A stretch of 64,000 nucleotides of DNA from Escherichia phage ES12, in the sequence record MN508614.1; one strand, 5' to 3'. Positions within the stretch are counted from its first letter, which is position 1; the number at the start of each line of letters is the position of its first letter. Positions 25,851-34,988 of the stretch are shown here, piece after piece. The notes under the pieces were generated by a model. That model ran no database searches, had not been told where the DNA came from, and saw only the letters and a program-made list of their open reading frames with translations. A program made the translations under genes and the position numbers.

Positions 25851-26815
25851 TGTATTCTTTAGAGGAATTTAATAATCAAGCAATAAACGCAGATTTCCAA
25901 CGTAATAATATGTTTAGCTGCGTTTTTGCTACAACTCCATCAACTAAAAGCTCTTCGTTGATAAGTTCAATTAGCAACTTTTCTTATAATAACTTGGGCC
26001 TAAATTCAGATTGGTTAGGATTAACTCAAGGCGATATTAATCAGGGAATTACTACGCTAATTACAGCTGGCACACAAAAACTGATAAGAAAATCAGGAGT
26101 TAGTAAATATCTTATTGGTGCCATGAGTCAACGTACAGTTCAAAGTTTATTAGGCTCATTTACAGTTGGTACATATTTAATTGACTTCTTTAACGTGGCA
26201 TATAACTCATCTGGATTGATGATATACTCTGTAAAAATGCCAGAGAATAGATTATCCTATGAAACTGACTGGAACTATAATTCTCCTAATATTCGTATAA
26301 CTGGGAGAGAATTAGACCCTTTGGTTATTTCATTCAGAATGGATTCAGAAGCTTGTAACTATCGTGCAATGCAAGACTGGGTTAACGCTGTTCAAGACCC
26401 AGTAACTGGATTGCGTGCTTTGCCGCAAGATGTCGAGGCTGATATTCAGGTTAATCTTCATTCTCGCAATGGATTACCACATACTGCGGTGATGTTCACT
26501 GGATGCATTCCAGTGTCCGTAAGCGCTCCTGAGTTATCATATGATGGAGATAACCAAATAACTACATTTGATGTTACTTTTGCGTATAGAGTCATGCAGG
26601 CTGGAGCAGTTGATAGACAAGCTGCGCTTGAATGGCTTGAATCTGCTGCTATAAATGGTATTCAAAGCGTTCTCGGAAATAGTGGAGGTGTTACTGGACT
26701 ATCTAATTCGCTTTCACGACTCAGTAGATTAGGGGGAACTGCAGGAAGCATTTCAAACATTAATACTATGACAGGAATTGTCAATTCGCAAAGTAAAATA
26801 TTAGGAGCAATATAA
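25850..26815 (+). CDS. 54: baseplate tail tube initiator gp54
   Basis: 321 aa; bidirectional hairpin terminator downstream. Confidence 0.9.
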   Translation: MYSLEEFNNQAINADFQRNNMFSCVFATTPSTKSSSLISSISNFSYNNLGLNSDWLGLTQGDINQGITTLITAGTQKLIRKSGVSKYLIGAMSQRTVQSLLGSFTVGTYLIDFFNVAYNSSGLMIYSVKMPENRLSYETDWNYNSPNIRITGRELDPLVISFRMDSEACNYRAMQDWVNAVQDPVTGLRALPQDVEADIQVNLHSRNGLPHTAVMFTGCIPVSVSAPELSYDGDNQITTFDVTFAYRVMQAGAVDRQAALEWLESAAINGIQSVLGNSGGVTGLSNSLSRLSRLGGTAGSISNINTMTGIVNSQSKILGAI

Positions 26816-26818
26816 CAA

Positions 26819-26848
26819 TGGGGACCTTTCGGTCCCCATATTTTTATT
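26819..26848. terminator. bidirectional terminator between gene 54 and alt.-3-like gene
   Basis: TGGGGACC-TTTC-GGTCCCCA followed by TATTTTTATTT. Confidence 0.8.
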
Positions 26849-27134
26849 TACGGAATGAAATGAAAGCAGCAACTGAAGCAACTAAACTGTCTTCAATATA
26901 AACTTCAATTTTTACCGGAGCTTCTGACTCAAATTTACCTGTTACTACACCCTGAAAAATACTTTCAGTCTGTTCTGGCTTTGAAAAATTTTCAGAAGGA
27001 AAAATTCCGAACTTTTTATCTGTTCCAAAAATTTTGATAAATTCATCGTAAACTGCTTCATTAAAAGCATTATCAGCAGGAATAACGCCTTCAACTACAA
27101 GTTCTTGACCTAAAAAGCGCAAAGAAGATTTCAT
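26844..27134 (-). CDS. hypothetical protein (T4 alt.-3 position)
   Basis: 96 aa ORF preceded by an early-promoter-like module and RBS GAGGAAC. Confidence 0.6.
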   Translation of the reverse strand: MKSSLRFLGQELVVEGVIPADNAFNEAVYDEFIKIFGTDKKFGIFPSENFSKPEQTESIFQGVVTGKFESEAPVKIEVYIEDSLVASVAAFISFRK

Positions 27135-27142
27135 TTTGTGTT

Positions 27143-27195
27143 CCTCATGTTATGTCAGTAAGACTACTATAACACAACACGAGGGACTTGTAAAC
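27143..27195 (-). promoter_or_regulatory. early promoter plus leader module (GTTTAC-N18-TATAGT), copy A, upstream of alt.-3-like gene
   Basis: Minus-strand GTTTACAAGTCCCTCGTGTTGTGTTATAGT followed by leader and RBS; 52-nt match to 43101-43153. Confidence 0.65.
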
Positions 27196-29252
27196 TACAT
27201 CTTGAACTTTTTAGACATTCCGTTGATGTTAACCAAAGAAGCTAAGATTTGAGAAACTTCATTTTCCTCTTCTTTTGATTCTTCTACAAGGAATTGATTA
27301 AATCCAGCCATTGGACGAACTTCACCAGTTTCCATTAGATGGTCTCCATCATATACTGATTCTTCTAATTGTTCAGAAGGAGGAACGATTGTACCTTCGA
27401 TTAGATACTTGTTATAAGCAGTTTCTTTCATAAAGTACGTACTTACTTTATTAATCTTCAGTAAAATTCCACGTGGTAGAATAACTTCAGCTTCTGATGG
27501 AAATCCTGATAAATGACCTGGAACGATAACTTTGATTCGCTCAGCTCCTTTAATTACCATACCCACGCTAGTTTCAGCATCTTCATTAGCATATGTAGAA
27601 TGACTACCCATATGCATCAAATCTTCTGCATCAACGGAACCTTCTCCTTCGCCAGAAAATACTGCGCCAGAATCATCTAGAGCCATATAGTTTTTACCAT
27701 GCTCACCGAAGATATTTGGTTTAAGCGATGTGGATACGAAGTTCTTGAAATAGAACATTTTGTTTTCAATGTTATGACGCAAAGTTTTAAAGGTAACTTC
27801 TTGTCCACGATAAAGCGTAGTTCCTGGAGGAAGAACTGAACCTTTAGCGAATGCAGAATCCAACGTCTCGATGTGCTTAATAGCTCGTTCCATATATTCT
27901 TCACGGGTAGAATCTGGTTTACCCAAAAGGAACGAGTTCATTTCAACATATGAATCTGCACAATAATCTTCAATTACATCAGACTCAGCCTGAGTTAATC
28001 CTTTTGGAGTTACTTCGGTGCTTGCGTATTCATATGCCTGAGCAGCAGATTCATTAATCAATTTATAAATGCCATTCATGACAAATTGAATAATAGCTAC
28101 CTTTTCGTCTGGTGTGGCTTTAGAACCTTTAACCAAATCATTGATAATTTTCTTAATAACATCAAAGCTATTAGAAATATTAATATCAGCGAGATCGCTT
28201 AAAATTTTATCAGTCTTATAATCAAAGAATTCTTTATTCTTTAAATATTCTTGAGAACCTTGATATGTTATATCGCTCTGTAACTTGATAGATGGATCAC
28301 GTAAACGTGCATGGGCTAATGCAATATGATTTCGGAAGCTTTCGAGTTCATAATCACTAGATTTAAAACGAGAAGCGCTTCTCATACCGCCTATAGCTCC
28401 TTTGCTGAAGTTTGAACCAATTTGAATAACGCCAGAGTTCATTGGTCCTTCTGCTTTATACACCGGAACTTTAGATTCAAACTCTTGATATTTCTTAGCA
28501 GCGAAGCTATCACCCTGAAGTGAAGCATCAACAGTAGAATATTGAGCTTGTGCTGCTAATCGACGACTAATTTTAGTTTTCTGAATAACAGCTTGGTCCG
28601 TGCGCTTATCATTTTCTAAAGCAATAGAAGCAGCAACAGCAACAGCTTTAGGAACAGCATTTCCTGTTTTAACGTCTACATAAACATCACCGACCTTTGA
28701 TTCAACTTTTGTGAATAACTCAGTTGAAATAGGAGGTACACCTGTAATGTCTTCTAAATTGGCATTTTTACGGTAAACCATAATATATGCATATTTCTTA
28801 TCATAGTCCCAGATTTCCTTTAAAAGAACATATCGACCTGCTCCTTTAGTACGTACTAAACGGTCAGCAATAACTTGCATTTGACGAGCTGCGCCATTTG
28901 TTTTACTTTTTATTACGCGGAATAGGCATGCGTCGATTTTATACTGTTTCATTGTTTGAAGAGCAGTATCAAAAACGGCATTAATGACACCAATTGGATT
29001 TCCACCCAAGTTTTTAAGCTTAACTAATGATAGTTTCTCATTAACACCTATCATTACGATATGCATCATTTTATCGCCTGGCTTAACGTTTTTATTCGTA
29101 TCACCACCAGAGGTATATGTACAAAATCTAAATCCAGGAAGCACGCTTTCTTCGCCGGCTTGAATAGCAAAAATTTGTGGTATTTTATGCTTAGGATTTA
29201 AGTTAACAACCGGCGCCGAAGCGCCGTCAAATAATTCTGTAATAAGTTCCAT
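27195..29252 (-). CDS. Alt-like ADP-ribosyltransferase paralog (putative second capsid-packaged ART)
   Basis: 685 aa; N-terminal about 230 aa and C-terminal ART domain align with the adjacent Alt (MELITELFD..., TLYRGQ, FVSTSL, EAEVILPRG); central region divergent. Confidence 0.85.
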   Translation of the reverse strand: MELITELFDGASAPVVNLNPKHKIPQIFAIQAGEESVLPGFRFCTYTSGGDTNKNVKPGDKMMHIVMIGVNEKLSLVKLKNLGGNPIGVINAVFDTALQTMKQYKIDACLFRVIKSKTNGAARQMQVIADRLVRTKGAGRYVLLKEIWDYDKKYAYIMVYRKNANLEDITGVPPISTELFTKVESKVGDVYVDVKTGNAVPKAVAVAASIALENDKRTDQAVIQKTKISRRLAAQAQYSTVDASLQGDSFAAKKYQEFESKVPVYKAEGPMNSGVIQIGSNFSKGAIGGMRSASRFKSSDYELESFRNHIALAHARLRDPSIKLQSDITYQGSQEYLKNKEFFDYKTDKILSDLADINISNSFDVIKKIINDLVKGSKATPDEKVAIIQFVMNGIYKLINESAAQAYEYASTEVTPKGLTQAESDVIEDYCADSYVEMNSFLLGKPDSTREEYMERAIKHIETLDSAFAKGSVLPPGTTLYRGQEVTFKTLRHNIENKMFYFKNFVSTSLKPNIFGEHGKNYMALDDSGAVFSGEGEGSVDAEDLMHMGSHSTYANEDAETSVGMVIKGAERIKVIVPGHLSGFPSEAEVILPRGILLKINKVSTYFMKETAYNKYLIEGTIVPPSEQLEESVYDGDHLMETGEVRPMAGFNQFLVEESKEEENEVSQILASLVNINGMSKKFKM

Positions 29253-29255
29253 GAT

Positions 29256-31313
29256 TTATCCTTGAACGAACTTGTAAGGCATGTTTGCAATATCTATACA
29301 AGACGCAATAATTCCAAGAGATGATTCTACTTTCTGTTTAACGTTTGATGAAACAAATGATGCAAAGTCAACTCTGTCTTCTATTTCAATATCACCTGTC
29401 ATTGCAACTACTTCGCCGGTTTCCATTAGACGGTCACCGTCATAAATTACCGATTCGGTGAGTTCTTCTGTGGTCATAACTTCAGCTTGAATAAGCTTGT
29501 TGTTAGTTTTAACTGTTCCATCATTGTAAGATGCATCGGTTATTTTATTAACTTTGACCATTAATCCACGTGGCAAAATGACTTCCATTTCATTTGAAGG
29601 TGCTAAACTTCCACCTGGTAAAACAACATTGACTTTATCAGCCCCAGTAATAACCCATCCAATTCCAACTAAATTATCGCTAGAATTTACTAGTCCTTCA
29701 TCAGTTTTATCAATAGAAACACTTAAACGCTTTTCGTCTGGTAAAACACCCACAGATGAATCAGTCATCCAGGTACCAAAAATGTTTGGATATAATGATG
29801 TTGACACAAAATTTCTAAAATAAAAAACTCGATTTTTTACCAGTGCTTCATATATTGAAGGTAACATTCGTTGTGAACGATACAAAGTAATACCTTTTGG
29901 TAATCGTTCACCATTTTTAAAGGCAGAATCTAAATTATCAATAGCTTTTTCTATATCAGATGCTGTCAAAATACTTGTACGCTCATCTGGATTATATAAT
30001 CCCAAAAGAGCGTTATTTATGTCTACATATCCTGAACTTACGTATTCACGAATTCCACGTTTTTGTGCCGGTGTGTATTTAGATGAATCTTTATTTTCGA
30101 CTATAGGATGTAGTGACCATCCAGCGGTAAGAGCATATCCACGCAATTCTCTTCGAATAATCTTTGTTTTTATTGCATTCCAAGAATTTTGTACTAACTC
30201 ATTCGCAGCATCTTGATTTAAATGCGAATGCTTGTTAATGTTTCTTTCTAACCAAGCACCTTTATATTTTTCTAAAGTATCATCAACTATAGAAGCAATA
30301 GTTTCTAAAGTTTTTATTGAAGTAATAGATTCTTTTCGTAATCTTTCTAAAGCTTTATTTTTTATTTCTGCATTAACATCAGATTCTTTATCTTCAGGAA
30401 TTATAGAAGCTTCTCTGAATGCCATTCCAGCTGTAACACTACTAAGAGCATTCTCTAATGCAAATCCTGAAGTAGAAATAACAGTTAATTCATTAGCGTC
30501 AGAAATTAAAGGAGCGTCAGCAGGTTTATTTAATTCTGCTGCTGAAGCCTCAAATTTTTGAAACATCGGCGTTTCAAATCTAGAAGATTCCAATGATTGA
30601 CTTTGCGCAATTGCTCTACGGGAAATTTTAACTTTAACGATTACAGCTTGGTCAGAACGTTTATCATTTTCTTGCGCAATAGATGCTGCAATTGCCTCAT
30701 TTTTAGTTACTTGAGCTCCAGTATCTTTATTGATATAAACATCACCGACCTTCGATTCAACTTTAGTAAAGAGCTCAGTACTAATTTCCGGAACTCCCGG
30801 AATGTCTTCTAGTGATACATTTTTGCGATGTATAAGAATATATGCATACTTTTTATCGTAATCCCAGAGTTCCTTAAGAAGGACGTATCTGCCACCTGAA
30901 CGACTACGGATAAGTCTATCAGCAATAACTTGAATTTGTCGAGCTTGACCAGCGGTTTTAGACTTAAGAATACGAAGCATACAGGCATCAATTTTATACT
31001 GACGCATTGTTTGCATCGCAACAGTAAAAACTGAATTGATATAATTAATTGGGCTTGGACCAAGACCTTTTAATTTAGCAATTGAACCTTTAGCAGTTAA
31101 TGTAAAAGGAACAATATGCATCATTTTATCGCCCATCTTTAAATCGCGATTAGTATCACCTCCAGATGTATAGGTACATAAACGAAAGCCTGGTTGTTCA
31201 ATTGCATCATCAACATGAACTGAAAAAATTTGCGGTATTTTCTTCTTTGGATTTAAGTTTGTAATCGGAAGAGTAGTATCTTCGTCAAATAATTCTGTAA
31301 TAAGTTCCATCAT
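29256..31313 (-). CDS. alt: Alt ADP-ribosyltransferase (packaged, modifies host RNA polymerase)
   Basis: 685 aa; recognised as T4 Alt (MELITELFDEDTTLPITNL...; LYRSQ / STSL / EMEVILPRG motifs); late promoter TATAAATA upstream; true start may be the second Met (31310). Confidence 0.93.
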   Translation of the reverse strand: MMELITELFDEDTTLPITNLNPKKKIPQIFSVHVDDAIEQPGFRLCTYTSGGDTNRDLKMGDKMMHIVPFTLTAKGSIAKLKGLGPSPINYINSVFTVAMQTMRQYKIDACMLRILKSKTAGQARQIQVIADRLIRSRSGGRYVLLKELWDYDKKYAYILIHRKNVSLEDIPGVPEISTELFTKVESKVGDVYINKDTGAQVTKNEAIAASIAQENDKRSDQAVIVKVKISRRAIAQSQSLESSRFETPMFQKFEASAAELNKPADAPLISDANELTVISTSGFALENALSSVTAGMAFREASIIPEDKESDVNAEIKNKALERLRKESITSIKTLETIASIVDDTLEKYKGAWLERNINKHSHLNQDAANELVQNSWNAIKTKIIRRELRGYALTAGWSLHPIVENKDSSKYTPAQKRGIREYVSSGYVDINNALLGLYNPDERTSILTASDIEKAIDNLDSAFKNGERLPKGITLYRSQRMLPSIYEALVKNRVFYFRNFVSTSLYPNIFGTWMTDSSVGVLPDEKRLSVSIDKTDEGLVNSSDNLVGIGWVITGADKVNVVLPGGSLAPSNEMEVILPRGLMVKVNKITDASYNDGTVKTNNKLIQAEVMTTEELTESVIYDGDRLMETGEVVAMTGDIEIEDRVDFASFVSSNVKQKVESSLGIIASCIDIANMPYKFVQG

Positions 31314-31333
31314 AGCCTCTCTAGTGTTTATTC

Positions 31334-31341
31334 TATTTATA
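31334..31341 (-). promoter_or_regulatory. late promoter TATAAATA (alt)
   Basis: Minus-strand TATAAATA between hairpin and alt start; consistent with late expression of a packaged protein. Confidence 0.65.
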
Positions 31342-31346
31342 AAATT

Positions 31347-31364
31347 AAAGGCCCGAAGGCCTTT
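31347..31364 (-). terminator. hairpin between alt.1-like ORF and alt late promoter
   Basis: AAAGGCC-CGAA-GGCCTTT perfect 7-bp stem. Confidence 0.55.
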
Positions 31365-31551
31365 AGTAATCTAGTGGTAAGAGAGTACGATATATTTCAA
31401 ACTTTGGTCCTTTTTCATAGGCATCAAATGTTTCTGTAAATTTATTATAAGCGTATGCATCTACAAATTCGAGAATGACTTGTGATACAGAAGTAGAAAC
31501 ATCTCCACCTTCTTTTTGAGCAATGACAATTGTTTCTAAGTAAGCTTTCAT
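31363..31551 (-). CDS. hypothetical protein (T4 alt.1 position)
   Basis: 62 aa ORF between ligase and alt; synteny only. Confidence 0.5.
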   Translation of the reverse strand: MKAYLETIVIAQKEGGDVSTSVSQVILEFVDAYAYNKFTETFDAYEKGPKFEIYRTLLPLDY

Positions 31552-33011
31552 AAACCAGTTACCTCATGAAAATCACCAAATACATCCTCGAATGTATTAG
31601 CTTTAGTTTTATCTTCACGTAAACGAATCGCAATCGGAAGAAATAATTTAACGTAATCAGTGCGGCCATCAGATTTTAACCAACCGTTGCATTCGCACTC
31701 TAGAATTTTTCCAATATAATAATTTTGGTTTTCCATAATGCGAGTACGGTCAAGTTCATGTGATTTTACGCCGGCTTTGTCTTTTAAGCCTGAACCAGCA
31801 TTTACCTTAATTTTTCCACACTCTGACTCAAGAATAAATCCACCTGCTTTAGTAGGGTCTTTACGGTGAGGATAAATTCCTACAATTTTTAAATCAACAT
31901 CAATTACTTCTTTAAATTTATAGAGATTTTTTGAACGAGCATTTTCCCATAATCCATCGATATTTTTGAGAATAATACCTTCAAGACCTTGGTCAATATA
32001 CTTTTTATAAATTACCTTAGCTTCATCTAGGTTATTTACTACCTGGTTTTCAATTAAAATTACTTTATCATATCCCGATGTCATTTGTTCTAGTTTAGAA
32101 AAACGTACATCATATTTTAAACGAAACGCTGGAAGACCGTATATTTCTACCAACGGGACATAATCCCAGACCTGAAACTTCATACATTGAGCTTCTTTTT
32201 CAGAAATGGTTCCTTTTAAGGATTTATTGGCGATTCCATTAGAAGTAGTACGAGATTCCGCTACTTCGGCGAATTCTTTGGCTTTACTAATTTCAGGATA
32301 AGCATCAAAAAGAAAATCTAGGCCTTCTGGTTCCTTTTTAACTTGCTCATGGTATACCAATTCGCCATCAATTAACACACCTTCTGGATGAATCTGGCGG
32401 GCTTCAGCAGTCATTTTGATTAACTCTTCCTTAAGAAGATCTAATCCTAGATATTCATTACCAGCTCGTGATAAAAGACGAACATCATCTAATTCATCGC
32501 CTCGGACTTCAGCAAAACACCGAGCTCCATCTGCTTTTAACTGCGCAAAGGCTGGAAACTTGATATTCTTATTAATGCCTTTTTCATCATAAGAACTTGC
32601 AAGCATTTGAGGTTGTTCAGGAATTAAACCTGGCCAAACTTTATTTGCAATAGATACTGAAGCACCGCATTCAAGGTCTCGCATCATAACTCGACGCAAA
32701 ACTTCAACATCATCCTTTTTACCATCAGTGATATATCCAGTTAATTCCTCAATTGCAGCATTTCCAGTCAATTTCCGAGTAGCTAACGTGAATTCAATGA
32801 AGTCAAGCATATCGGTAATAGTCAGCATTCCAAAACTCTGGGTAGCAATACCCGGTTTAGGCCATTTCTTGATATAATACTGTAACCCACGAGAATAAGT
32901 CAGACGATATACTCGTTTAAGCAATTCATTATCTTTATTCTTTTCAAGAATTGCTTGCTTCTGCTTAGTTGAACCAATAGATGCTATTTCGTTCAGAATT
33001 TTAAGAATCAT
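31548..33011 (-). CDS. 30: ATP-dependent DNA ligase (gp30)
   Basis: 487 aa; adenylation motif KADGAR; recognised as T4 DNA ligase. Confidence 0.95.
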   Translation of the reverse strand: MILKILNEIASIGSTKQKQAILEKNKDNELLKRVYRLTYSRGLQYYIKKWPKPGIATQSFGMLTITDMLDFIEFTLATRKLTGNAAIEELTGYITDGKKDDVEVLRRVMMRDLECGASVSIANKVWPGLIPEQPQMLASSYDEKGINKNIKFPAFAQLKADGARCFAEVRGDELDDVRLLSRAGNEYLGLDLLKEELIKMTAEARQIHPEGVLIDGELVYHEQVKKEPEGLDFLFDAYPEISKAKEFAEVAESRTTSNGIANKSLKGTISEKEAQCMKFQVWDYVPLVEIYGLPAFRLKYDVRFSKLEQMTSGYDKVILIENQVVNNLDEAKVIYKKYIDQGLEGIILKNIDGLWENARSKNLYKFKEVIDVDLKIVGIYPHRKDPTKAGGFILESECGKIKVNAGSGLKDKAGVKSHELDRTRIMENQNYYIGKILECECNGWLKSDGRTDYVKLFLPIAIRLREDKTKANTFEDVFGDFHEVTGL

Positions 33012-33277
33012 TGTTCATCCTTTAGAGTTTGGTTTACAGCTCTATTATAAATCAATTCATCATTAAGCTCAGTCAAAGACCTGTGGTACGTGGTTCTAAC
33101 TTTATTTCCTTGCATCCAGTGCTTGACGTAAATGAAACCTTGCTCTACACATTTTTTAAAAATTCGTTCGTCTTTTTGAGCTCGGAATTCTGGATTGCAT
33201 CTAAAAAATTGATTTACGTGACCGTAATCACGTGTAGTATTACCTTCATTTTCATAAATAGTGTGAACAACAAACAT
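33008..33277 (-). CDS. hypothetical protein (30.1 position)
   Basis: 89 aa ORF, translationally coupled to ligase. Confidence 0.55.
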   Translation of the reverse strand: MFVVHTIYENEGNTTRDYGHVNQFFRCNPEFRAQKDERIFKKCVEQGFIYVKHWMQGNKVRTTYHRSLTELNDELIYNRAVNQTLKDEQ

Positions 33278-34140
33278 TAGAATGCTCCTTGGAAAATATT
33301 ATCACCACTAGTAAATCTATTAAAATATCCTGCATCACCAGGCTTAGTATAACTCCACGTATGGAATGGATTCATATGATACGGGTGTGTATAATATGGA
33401 TTATATGGATGTGTATAATATGGATTATACGGATTAAATCCAGGAGTTCTCCAGGTAGTGTTCCAACGAAAAGAATCGTTTTTAACCATCTTCTCAATTA
33501 CATCTTTTATAGCTTTTTCACTATCAAAACTTTCTTTATTTTCCTTCGGTGAAAAAAGCTTATTTTCTACATCATTCCATGTATAAACTCGCTGCGCAGT
33601 TTTTGGAATATTGTCACGCTCTCCTCGAGCCATCCAATAAACAGGAACATTTAATATTTCACTCGCATGATCGCAGTGGTGGGCGAGATCGTCAATATAA
33701 CAAATTACATTATATTTCTCTTTTGCCTTTTTGAATAACTCTTCTTTTGAAGAATCATGACCACACATCATTACTTCTGAGAAGGCACCAGGAAAAAGAG
33801 CATTCAAATTAAATTGACGATTCAGCAGAGCGTCAATAGAATCACCCAATGCTGTAACAGCTACAAAATTATAATCTTCTTTTAGTTTGTTAATTACGCA
33901 CAGGGCATCTTTATATGGAGACAGGTAACGAATAAAATCTGATCGATTGTATTTTTCAATTAGCTTGACACCAAGTTCTTCATCACAATTAAAGAGTTTA
34001 CCCGGAGAAATAAATTTCTCATCTTGGATCATTTTTAAAATATGTTCTAACGGAAGATTATATTTCTGAGCAAAATAAGGAAGACCTGATTGCCAGCTTA
34101 AACATACTCCATCAATATCAGTTAAAATAGTAGGCTTCAT
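33277..34140 (-). CDS. HAD-superfamily hydrolase-like protein with Pro/Tyr-rich C-terminal repeat (30.2 position)
   Basis: 287 aa; N-terminal DIDGV motif typical of HAD phosphatases/nucleotidases; C-terminal NPYNPYYTHPYNPYYTHPY repeat. Confidence 0.7.
   Translation of the reverse strand: MKPTILTDIDGVCLSWQSGLPYFAQKYNLPLEHILKMIQDEKFISPGKLFNCDEELGVKLIEKYNRSDFIRYLSPYKDALCVINKLKEDYNFVAVTALGDSIDALLNRQFNLNALFPGAFSEVMMCGHDSSKEELFKKAKEKYNVICYIDDLAHHCDHASEILNVPVYWMARGERDNIPKTAQRVYTWNDVENKLFSPKENKESFDSEKAIKDVIEKMVKNDSFRWNTTWRTPGFNPYNPYYTHPYNPYYTHPYHMNPFHTWSYTKPGDAGYFNRFTSGDNIFQGAF
33383..33430. repeat. 24-bp direct tandem repeat (2 copies), coding
   Basis: GTGTGTATAATATGGATTATA duplicated; encodes YNPYYTHP-YNPYYTHP in the C-terminus of the HAD-like protein. 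Confidence 0.7.
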
Positions 34141-34601
34141 AGAGAGTCTCTTAATAGGTTTAACACATCAATAAATTCAGCTTCGGTTAGTATTGTATCA
34201 TCTTTTGTTAGACCACTAGCCATGCTGTGCTTCAAAACTTTTCCTTTCGAGGCTTGTAATGCATCGCGAAAGCCCCTGTTTTGGAACGCTGCTTCAAAAT
34301 ATGCATTTGTGTATAATTCTTTCCACGCTGGAGAGTATCTTGAAAACGGAACTCCAAGCCAGAAGAGGGTCCCACGGTCCTGAGCTCTAGCATAAGACCT
34401 TCCAGCTTGTTGGGCGGCAAGCCCGGATAACCCAAATATACGACGTTGCTGTTCAATATTTTTCACCTTACACCCTTGGAGGAATCCTTCGAGACCTCCA
34501 AATTGGATACCATCCATAACAAAAGGCCATTGGGCGAAATTACTTAATGCGCATGATGGCCATCTAAAATTGCTTCTAATCTCTAACTCAGACATTTTCA
34601 A
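34137..34601 (-). CDS. NADAR / YbiA-like domain protein (30.3 position)
   Basis: 154 aa; LSNFAQWPFVMDGIQFGGLEGFLQGCK matches the NADAR (DUF1768) signature SNFa.WP...DG..F...E..fQ..K. Confidence 0.7.
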   Translation of the reverse strand: MKMSELEIRSNFRWPSCALSNFAQWPFVMDGIQFGGLEGFLQGCKVKNIEQQRRIFGLSGLAAQQAGRSYARAQDRGTLFWLGVPFSRYSPAWKELYTNAYFEAAFQNRGFRDALQASKGKVLKHSMASGLTKDDTILTEAEFIDVLNLLRDSL

Positions 34602-34794
34602 TACTTATAATTTCAACATCAGCCCAATGACCATAGCAAGGAAGACGAAATTCAACTGGCCAGTTAGGGTCCTTTTCTAATATAATAGACTTAACTTGTG
34701 GTTCTTCGTGTTCATCAGTATATGGATTTTTATCTGTTACTTTATATGTGACCTTAATGTACTGAATTCCAAAAATCTTATTAATTATATTCAT
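34588..34794 (-). CDS. hypothetical protein
   Basis: 68 aa ORF in tightly packed operon. Confidence 0.5.
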   Translation of the reverse strand: MNIINKIFGIQYIKVTYKVTDKNPYTDEHEEPQVKSIILEKDPNWPVEFRLPCYGHWADVEIISIENV

Positions 34795-34988
34795 ACTAAT
34801 TCCTTTAATCCGTAGATAGGAGATAATTCATCACCCATACGAAGGTCTTCATTTCCATCTACCCAGGAAACAATATAAGCCTCTTTTATTTGAATACCAC
34901 TCCATTTAAATGGAGGTAGAACCTTAGAAATTAATCCAGGTATACCAACTCCCTTTAATTCAACAGTTTGACCTAAAAAGAATTTCAT
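34791..34988 (-). CDS. hypothetical protein
   Basis: 65 aa ORF, start overlaps previous stop. Confidence 0.5.
   Translation of the reverse strand: MKFFLGQTVELKGVGIPGLISKVLPPFKWSGIQIKEAYIVSWVDGNEDLRMGDELSPIYGLKELV

Noticed and set aside
29554-31063. Several plus-strand ORFs (29554-29823, 30019-30216, 30232-30561, 30597-30812, 30809-31063) inside the alt gene
   Set aside because: Antisense to a well-supported 685-aa gene, low-complexity translations, no RBS; spurious
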